Positions 53,840-64,000 of a stretch of 64,000 nucleotides of DNA are shown in pieces. The stretch's first letter is position 1. Each line of letters opens with the position of its first letter. The stretch is from contig OZ024746.1 of assembly GCA_964016885.1 (NCBI GenBank), positions 34,224,001-34,288,000 on the forward strand, read 5' to 3'. The notes below the pieces were generated by a model. It made no database searches and was not told the DNA's origin. It was given only the letters and a program-made list of their open reading frames with translations. The stretch is from Eledone cirrhosa. Its lineage: Eukaryota. The position numbers and the translations under genes were made by a program.

Positions 53840-53870
53840 GTAGATAGATAGATATAGATATAAATGTATG

Positions 53871-53979
<109 letters not shown>

Positions 53980-56117
53980 GTATGTATATATATATGTATT
54001 TATATATATATATTAATTCATATTCATACATATTTACATATATATGTTATGTATGTAACTGTTGTGTATGTGTCTCTGTATATGTGTGTGCATGCGTGTG
54101 TTTATGTGCAGGTACACATGCGTATATACTTGAACGTTTGTTTATCTCCGGGAGATACGTGAATTTCTATGTGATTGGAATCGTATCAGCTTAAAATGAT
54201 AGTCTTTAGACAGACGCAATTAAACAATAGCCATCGGGAATATCCGACCTAATGAGCTGAATGATTTCAAACGCTCCTTCTGCAGCATCTATTTCTATAT
54301 ACCGACGATATAACTTTGAGCATATTCTGAATTGTTGCATTCATTCAGCCAGAAGGCTTGCGCGTTGAAATGTCTGATACTATTTATGTATTTCCCACTC
54401 TCATTTGTACAATTGTACAATATAAGGGGGTCCTCGCGGAATATAAAAATAATGCCATAAAAAGAATTGTATCTTTATAAATAGATGAAAAATTATACGT
54501 ATATATAGATATAAGACGTTAAATGCAAATCACGTACATTGAATAGAACAAGCAGAAATACAGACACATAAGCCAAAAATGATTGCAACTGCAAGAATAC
54601 CAACAAAAGCAATATCATTACAAATAACCCCAACATATACAATCCCAAAGAAAGCAATACAAGTTATTTACTATTGTATTTTTGTGTGATTGTTATTGAA
54701 ATTAATATCATTTGCAATGATTATCAATGATTTTTATAACTAATAATTTTAAAATATTATCTTTATTAATGTTTCTATGGTTTCGTGCATAACCACGAGC
54801 AAATCCTTGATAATTAGAAACGAAGCATTTTCATTTTATTGAAGGTTTTACCTTACTCTACATATTTTATTAATGCTTATACACTTCTTTCCCTGAATTA
54901 TGTTACCTTTCTGGATAATGAATATGGAATGTTTTTCTGACGAGTATGTGTGATCTGTAGAGTAAATAATTTATGGAGGGCTAGAGATTTATATGTTTGG
55001 GTTTTTAGAGTTGCATTGTAGAGTATAGTTTGTATAATAATTCAGAGGCGTTACTTCCTTAAATATTATTGCTGCAGCTTATATATTGTATGGTTTGTGT
55101 TATTAATTACCATGTAGCACTTGTACTGAATGTTCAAGTGATATCTGAGGTGAGGTTGGTGTATGTGTTATCAGTTCTTCTATTGACTGTTATTGCTGGT
55201 TGCTGTAGTATATATATGCTGCAGCCATACACGCAGTCATAATTGACAATTGTTCCCGTCGGCGTGGTATGATGTGTCGGTCGTGAATGTTAGTGATATT
55301 GTCTTTCCTCAAGTATACATAATATGCAAATGTACATGCCTCTAGAATTATTCCTAAATGAATGAGCATGTGGATTTAATCAACCCTTGAACTCATTGAT
55401 TGATACGCCCCTATATATATTCTGTAAGGCGACTGCTAGTGTAAAAGTATTTCCTTATGCACAATACGCCCAGAAGACAGGTAATAGGTTTTGGGCATTA
55501 ACGGCCTTTTGTAATATCGCGCTTTTTTATCTATCATAAACTGCAATATTTTAAGCGATGCTTTCTAAACTGTTATTCAAGGTTAATGGAATGTGAGAGA
55601 GGATAGTTAGACACGATAGATACAGAATTATACGTATTTAAAGAGAGATAGTGAGGAAGCGATAGAGTTGCGGTTGTGTGTTAATGAATTTTTCGACACA
55701 CAGTAATATAAAGAAATGTGGACATAATATTAGAATTGGGCCTGATGATATATTCACAATATAGGGATATTGTTATAATGTAGGACATTTATTTAACTGT
55801 GCTAGGACAATATTGACCCCGGCTAGCCTGGTTTCTGTTTCAATTGAATCCGAATCTATATGATTCTTGATAGACAGGTGACTAAATCTATTTTGAGTAG
55901 CTTGTTGTGCTCAAAGGGCGCTGCTGGTTAAACTGATTAAGGTCTATATCTTTCAGTAGATGATGCAATATTTTGCAAGTTTATAGAGGCCACGTGAATT
56001 TTCTTATGTATTTTATTATTTAGCAAAAATAAACGATGTGATAGAAGAACACAATCTATCTCGACTATGAGATACGTACATTTATATATATGTAAATACA
56101 AACACACACACACACAT

Positions 56118-56165
<48 letters not shown>

Positions 56166-56852
56166 CGAGTTAGTGAGAAATAGTAATTATTATCGATGGA
56201 AATTTGTCCTAGACTAATTCATTATGTGTGCATTGGATACGTAGTATTATCTGGATTAACATCGCTAGCTGGTAGTTATTGAGGTAAAATACAGAGTGTT
56301 TATATTAAGAAAGACAGCAAAATTTCAGGTTGAAATAAGTAGTCATTGGCTTTTTCGTTTATAATCAGTCCCACTTGCAGATTCATTTGCTCAACAGGCA
56401 AACTTATACATCAAGATAATAAGAAAAAAAATGTTATATAGTTGCAAAGTCAAGTCGGGCAATTTGAGATAATAATTCAACATGTTGAATCTGTCCTTTT
56501 CAATGCAATTCAGTCTGTCGAAATAACTCGAATTCCCTTAAAATAACAAATATCACAAATGAAATGATAATAATCAAACAAAACATAGCACATATATATA
56601 TAACTATACATACCCATGTCAAACTTTTGTGTTATCGAAAACCAAACGTTTTATTTGTACATATGCTTTAATATACCATAACATACTGAATATGCCTACT
56701 TTATTAAGCATTGATAAACCGTATATACTTAAGAATATATCCAGGCCTATAATAAATGATTACAGTTCTCTAGTAGATTTCCTACACTCCATCCATTCAC
56801 AATCATGGTTTATTAGATATGCAGTTAAAGTAAGAATCATTCTGCTGAAATT

Positions 56853-57120
<268 letters not shown>

Positions 57121-58231
57121 TCACCCCCCTCATATATATGTATGTATATATGAAAAAGTCAGAACCCTGACGGCTGAGCTCCGTCTGTTCGACAGCTAGG
57201 TGTGTGACAGGCAGATGAGATATAGAAAATATGGAAAGAGAAAGAGACGGAGAAATGTGTTATCGCATAGGAAGGATAAGAAAATACACTTGAGATAACC
57301 ATTTTAAATGCTGGATCGTACAACAGAGAAACAAATCTTTCTGCATATAGACCTAGTTTACCCACCTCAAATTAAATCTGTTAATTGGAAAATTTTCTAC
57401 GAAGTGACATTGTTAACGTTTAATCATTACACATATATACAACAGATGAATATTTTTTACTGTATCTTGAACATTCTGAATTTTGGGTTAACTCAGTAAT
57501 GTTTTAGAGGCGGCAAAATGTGGAGTGTAAATTTCATTCGTCAATAAATTGATCTATTGTATTACCAAATCTTAAACCTCTCCATAACTTCTGAATGACT
57601 TTTTCTGTACGAAAAATGAACTGCCAATCGTCTAGAAGTGTTAAGAGAGCAGACTACATGATGTAAGGTATATTTGAAACAAACACACACACGCACACAC
57701 ACATCTTGCCACCTCATTGTCCGTATATATATATATATATATATATGAATTTTCATCAAATTGTAGAAATCTCAGAAACTGAGGTAGCTGTGAACAGCCG
57801 GTTGCTGTATGCATAGGAAAATGCCTGGTTAAAATAAAACCTCATATTATGCGGAAGAACAGAGAGAGAGTGAGAATGGAGAAATGAGAATCTAAAGCAT
57901 GAGATAAGAAATGAGAGCAGTATATATATATATATATATATATATACTGTACTCGGTTGTTCTACGTACCAGCCTGGCTAGAACATTCTTTAGAGTACTC
58001 AATAAATGTTTCCCTAGGGCCCACAAGTATTATAAAATATTCATCGGTCAGACGGTGAAACTTTCCTACTGAACCACACGCTCCGTAGCCCAGCACATAT
58101 CCGGCATAAATAGGAATAGTCTCACTGCATCTAATACCACCGTAAACCCCGGAGCCACCCAACTGAACAAGCACGCGGGACGCACCAGACCCCGGACAGC
58201 CCCAACTAGCACACCGGAACCCAACGACCCT

Positions 58232-58732
58232 ATGATGATTGCAGCGTCCTCCCAGCCAACCTCGAGTGATGTTAACCACGCGGTACATGTGCTGGAGCTT
58301 AAGAAGTCATGTAATTGCAGAGACTCATCACTATGCCCATTTAGTAATGAATGCATGACGAAAAACGTAGTCTACAGGTGCAAGGTCACAACTCCTAACT
58401 CGGAGCATCACTACATAGAATCCACAGCGACGAGCTTCAAGGATAGTTGGTATAACCATCGCCATTCCTTTAACAGAATAGAAAAAAGAAAATGTACGGC
58501 CCTTTCTGAATTGATCTGGAAGCTCAAACTTCAAAAGACCCCACACTCTCTGGTCTCGTCCGTGGTTAGAAAGGTTTCCCCAGACAGAGGCGGGTCTGGT
58601 ATTTGCCACCTCTGTCTTAGTGAGGCACTCGAGATACTTCATGGCGGAACCAAGCTATTAAACAGAAGGGCCGACTTATTCGGTGCCTGCAGACACCTAA
58701 GGACGGGAACTTTCCTCAAGCTATATGGATAA
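58232..58732 (+). pseudogene. GIY-YIG endonuclease domain of PLE (YIG mutated to YIE)
   Basis: Motifs as above; no upstream RT. Confidence 0.8.
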
Positions 58733-60002
58733 ACCCCGGTTAAGGCCTCCCACAACGCCCAAATTGTAGTTCGCCTACACCCCGTACCAATGACCATAGT
58801 TTGTGGTCCCTATGGAGGTTGGTCCACCGGATCCTCTACTGGTTAGGAGTCACCAAAACCACGTTTATTGAACCTGATGACCCCCCCCCCTCCCTGGGAG
58901 CGGTCCACACAGGAAGAACAATTATCCCAACGTACTAACCCTATACGCATAAATGAGTGCCCGCAACCGTGCATTGTGTGTGTATACTGGGACTGCGTGA
59001 ATGTACACACTCATGTGAACGCAACGAAATACCAATACCTCAGGTTGGATTTGAAAAATGTTCGAGCGTATGCTTAAGAGTATGTTTGTATATGCTCTGT
59101 TGTATGAGTGCACATGTGTATATCGACATACACGCGCATCCACATGTATAAAAGTGTGGGTGGGTATGTATGTCTGTACTAAGGGACTCGCCTAAGCTTC
59201 AAAGCTCCCAAGCTATTGCTGTGAAGATATATATCACACTCTACTTTTTCCTAGTCTAAACTCTTCCAAACACCTACTTTACTTTTCATTAAAAATACCA
59301 CCCACCTAGTTTCATGTCTGCCTTATACTTGGATATGGGGGCCTCTGTTGTATATATGTATGCACTTGAGCTTATATATATATACACACACCTATGTGGA
59401 TGTGTGTGTAGATGCGTGGGGTAGGTGTGAGTGTATGTACAATTAAACCAACATAAGTCTTTTTATTTTTAAAATGTTTAAAGTCTGTAAGTATTTGACT
59501 CCAACCATTATTTTCAGTATTGCCACCCCACATTAATTCATTAATTTGTATGTGTGGTTGTGTGTCTCTGTCGGTGGGTGGGTGTGAGTGTATGTGCAAG
59601 TCAACCTACATAAGTCTTTTTATTTGTAACTTTTCTAGTCTTCTACTCTAACCATACTTTTCACTAGTACCACTCCTTATAAATTCCTCAAATTAACAAT
59701 GACCTGTAGTATCTATTTCATACTATTAACCTCAATTGAATATATATCTGACCAGGAATGCTTTTTGTGAAAATCAGTCATATGGATCTATTTTGTCATC
59801 TTGCCTGACAGTTTGAACTTTACAAGACCACCTGCCTCTTTGAGGTCAAATACCAACCCTACTAGCATCTACAAACTGACCAATGAGAATTAAAACTATT
59901 CCTACAGACAACATTAAATTATTCCTACCAAGCTCTTATATCCCAAGGCTCTGATACCATCAACACTATAAACACAGAGCTGGAATATCTAAGAACTGAC
60001 TA

Positions 60003-60058
60003 ACTGCTTGATGAGGTCATAGCTATTCAATGGCTATCATCGAAATATATATAGCAGT
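60003..60058 (+). ncRNA. Type I hammerhead ribozyme (C3U change), homologue of 15164-15218
   Basis: actgc-TTGATGA-ggtcatagctatt c aatggctatcatc-GAAA-tatata-TA-gcagt. Confidence 0.75.
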
Positions 60059-60099
60059 AAATAAAGGATTATGAGTTCATGCAATTGACCTATGTTTCG

Positions 60100-60176
<77 letters not shown>

Positions 60177-60644
60177 TGAGAGGGAGAACTGAAGTGAAGA
60201 AAAGTGATTAGAAGAGAAGAAAGGCTGGCCTGTGAACGATGGAGAAATGATGAATAATTGCATAATAGTAGTTATATAATAAGGGAATAATGGTAAACAC
60301 AACCCAAGATGCTATAAGGAGAAAAAATAGAGAAAACATGTTTGACTGGAAAGGCGATCAAGTGCGCCAACTGTTGACAGTTTGGCTGATTGCATTTATT
60401 ATATGACTATACACCCGATGGTATCATTAGGATCCAATGCAACCTGGCCACTGAATTGTACATTGTGTTTGCATGAATCAATCTTTGAACGAATTTCACC
60501 AGAGCAGTCTCCTGTCATTTTACTCAACAATAATTAACTGTGTTCCCTCACGACCAACAAGATTTAACATCTTGATGTATGAGTTGCATAAAGTCGAGTG
60601 GTTTTCATAATAATACATAGTGGTCAACTATATGGAATGACCAG

Positions 60645-60709
<65 letters not shown>

Positions 60710-60735
60710 TATATAATGTATATGTACACATTTAT

Positions 60736-60766
<31 letters not shown>

Positions 60767-60815
60767 CGTATATTATAAAACGAAAAATCAGTAATGCATC
60801 TGAACTCAATTTATT

Positions 60816-60861
60816 GTGTGTTACAATTGTTTCGCCGGCGGACAGCTACCGTCAGACATAC
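60816..60861 (-). ncRNA. Minimal hammerhead ribozyme with one core change, in a ~100-bp solo fragment
   Basis: tgt-CTGACGG-tagctg tccgc cggc-GAAA-caattg-TA-aca, then aataaa. Confidence 0.6.
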
Positions 60862-61137
60862 ACTTATATATATATATATGTATATATATGTATAATTATA
60901 TGCAGATATAAATATAAATATATATATAATATATACAATGTATATACATATATACACTGTATATATATATATGTGTGTGTGTGTTGAGCATGTGAGTTTG
61001 CATGTGTTGTAAGTGTAAATGTGTGCTTATATATATATATATGCATAATAGACAATTTCAGTAAAAGCAATATAACACCAAAGATATAACAAAACACGCA
61101 ATTATTCAAATAAACAGAGAATTATCCGGAAATATAG

Positions 61138-61316
61138 CTGTTTCTACTTTAGGCACAAGGCCAGCAATTACCCAGTGCATTACTGGTACTTTATTTTATC
61201 GACCCCGTAAGGATGAAAAGCAAAGTCAACCTCAGCGGGATTTGAACTCAGATCGTAAAGGGACGTAACTATGCTGGAAAGTATGGCGCCCGACCCTCCA
61301 CCGACACTGCCAATCC
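61138..61316 (-). mobile_element. SINE family A, near full length
   Basis: Reverse complement of 1403-1580. Confidence 0.92.
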
Positions 61317-61575
61317 AGGAAAAATAAAAATAATGTTCTACATGACGATGAAACAGAAGAAATTGAATGGAAGTAAAATGAATGAGATTTTTAAATATTT
61401 TTTTAATATTATAAATGGTCTCATTACCTTTAGTCCGTGATAAATTATATGTGTGAACCCAGCATGTTCAAACAATCTTTTTTTACCTCTGTATTCGCGC
61501 GCAAATGAATGCGTGTTCTGAATAAATTACTTTTAACAAACAATGCATATAAAGATTTAGACATGTATTCTTGGC

Positions 61576-61730
<155 letters not shown>

Positions 61731-62668
61731 GTTTGTGTGCCTGTGTTTGCATCTGTATGTGAGTTTCTTAAATTGGTTGCTTGTTTCTTAATTTCAAGGT
61801 ACTGTTTGTGTTTACTTCATTACTCCATTATCAACTGTAGCCGTTTGTTATTCCTATAGAATAGAATTCCATTTTTATACGTGCCTAATACATGCGCATG
61901 AAAGTACGAACGTATGTGTTTATATGCGCTTGCTTTTTTATGTTGTGCTATATATTTTGTATATATTATTTGTATAGTTTTATTGATCTGTTTATTTATA
62001 AATTTCCGTTCCCTATTTAATTAATTATTATATCTCTTCAACTTTACGTGTGTTATTTCCGATAACAACGTTGTAGAATTCTAGGCATCTTACCACTTAA
62101 TAAGTACCGCAAACGTTCGATTCAAAATCACAAACCTGCAGGGAATATTAATGATGACAATATACTTCGTGTATTTAACCACTGGGTAATTTTATTTTCA
62201 TGAAATATTTTCTATTCATGACGACATACTCTCTGCTCTCTATCTATTTTTTCTATACTTAAATAAGACCGTCATTTGCTTTAAACAGCCCTCAAACACA
62301 AACAAACTAATCCATACAACTTTATTCGAGAACAATCACCAGAACTATGCTGCAAACGGAACAGTAAACGTTGCACACGTACTTCAAAACCATATACTAA
62401 TTCTCCCACCAATACAACTACCAACATCCTCTGACTACTAGTATGGGTGTTTCGTGAATAATCAGCCTGCAGCCACTGTATTACGTAAATTAAATAAAAA
62501 GTTTTGCGTCTGATAACCTATTGTATAATTTGCAATGCATCCATCAGACATTGGCCAATATAATTATTATAGATACATAGACAAAAAAGATATATAAATA
62601 GTTAGACATATAGAGGTAGGTACGTAGACAGAGAGATAGAGATATTTTGTTGAATTTAGGGTCCAAAG

Positions 62669-62712
<44 letters not shown>

Positions 62713-62714
62713 GT

Positions 62715-62751
<37 letters not shown>

Positions 62752-62754
62752 CGT

Positions 62755-62803
<49 letters not shown>

Positions 62804-63344
62804 TATGTAACTATAGATATCTGTTGTTAATCTACTGAAAATCTACGAGGTGTATATGGCTTGTGTGTAAGGAAGAGGTAATGCGGAATATATCAGATTA
62901 ATGCTTTTCAAACAAATCATTTCCTTCAAAGCTTGTATTGACTAAATGATGGAATCTAGATGATATATGGTTAGTCGGATAATATCGCTTAGCTTGGCAC
63001 TTAATTCATTCTATCGGCTATAATTAAAATACCATTTGTTTGTTTGTTTAAATCGTATCCATTATTAGTTGTCCTACTCGATAAAAAAATTGTTTTTGCA
63101 TTAGGGTCAGAATTGGTCAGCATCTATTATTAAATCTAATGATTACAATTCTTCATTTAGCTGCAGTGTTGGCAACTGGAGCCTGTGTTATGAATGGTTT
63201 CAGTCCTTTGTCGCAAATACTCATGCCATATCAACTCTTTTTCGAATGTATTTGTAGCGTAATTATATGCTTGTTCAGTCTCCAGAAAGCATGTGAGTGA
63301 TGAAAATATATTTTTGTAAATGTGTATCATTTAAGATAGAATTA

Positions 63345-63460
63345 GTGAAGGTACATGGCTCAATGATTAACGCATTGGGATTACAATCGTTTGGTTGTGT
63401 GTTCCATTCTCGAACCGGGCTGTGCATGTTATCCTTAAGCAAGGCACTTTATGTCACTTA
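63345..63460 (+). mobile_element. SINE family B, diverged copy
   Basis: gtgaaggtacatggctcaatg...ccttaagcaaggcacttt. Confidence 0.65.
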
Positions 63461-63628
63461 TTTCATCCAAAAGTCGAAACAATTATTTATACGAAATTTC
63501 TTTTTTTAAAAATTAGTTATTAAAATCGAAGGGATCAAGAAGGATGTTATCTCACTAACATGACACATGCTTATATATATATAAATATATGTATATATAT
63601 GTATATAAAAGTTTTAATATAGATGAGA

Positions 63629-63674
63629 TTCTACAGGAATAGAACTGTTTCATTCTTTAGAAATCCTCAGGAAA
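63629..63674 (-). ncRNA. Type I hammerhead ribozyme with looped stem III
   Basis: ttc-CTGAGGA-tttc taaa gaat-GAAA-cag ttctattc ctg-TA-gaa. Confidence 0.7.
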
Positions 63675-63968
63675 CTGGCTTTCCAAAAGTAAATGTTGTG
63701 GTATTTATATCTTTTCAGGTGGTAGGAGAGAGAGAGAGTGGGATGGGTGGAGGTCATTGGTTGAAAGAAAAGGGAATTCATTAAAAGCCAATTCTTTAAG
63801 GTTATAATTTATATTTAGAGTGACAAAGGCAGAAAGAATTCTATAAACCAGTTCAAAATACTGGGTGCCTATCATATCATCATTGTCATATATAAATAAC
63901 AAAATAATAAATATATAAATAAAGAAATAAAGAAATAAAGAAATCATTATTGTCATATTTCTCTTAAG

Positions 63969-64000
<32 letters not shown>

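Larger units (their letters stand above)
57948..60103 (+). mobile_element. 5'-truncated PLE (Naiad-type GIY-YIG) with long 3' UTR and terminal HHR, flanked by (TA)n
   Basis: ORF 58232-58732: CNCRDSSLCPFSNEC, NVVYRC, HYIES..FK..WYNH..SF, CHLCLSE..LLNRR..CRH. HHR at 60003-60058, then aataaa. Confidence 0.8.

Noticed and set aside
58232-58732. Selenoprotein-encoding Naiad PLE (in-frame TGA at conserved Cys)
   Set aside because: The Cys positions here and at 12970-13020 are TGT/TGC, with no in-frame TGA, and I recognised no SECIS.

Overview
AT-rich, microsatellite-dense eukaryotic DNA with no recognisable host exon. It is probably intronic or intergenic DNA from a coleoid cephalopod (Octopus-like), inferred from SINE type and (TA)n density. 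Almost all ORFs in the track are microsatellite artefacts. The real content is mobile DNA. (i) Penelope-like retroelements (PLEs; RT + GIY-YIG) of at least three lineages, including a near-complete copy with inverted pLTRs at 33030-37512. (ii) About 20 type I hammerhead ribozyme (HHR) motifs from roughly 10 unrelated families. Many sit in non-coding fold-back elements of 130 bp to 4.5 kb inserted in (TA)n tracts, with the ribozymes pointing outward and often a short tail on one arm only. (iii) R4/Dong-like, CRE-like and RTE LINE remnants, two tRNA-SINE families, Tc1 remnants and several unclassified hairpin or direct-repeat elements. The best candidates for something new are a 254-bp near-perfect palindrome with an intact minimal HHR on each strand (44279-44532), the size series of fold-back HHR elements, and a U3-A8 compensated HHR core shared by two diverged PLE copies. 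All structures were read by eye, and boundaries are approximate to a few bases.
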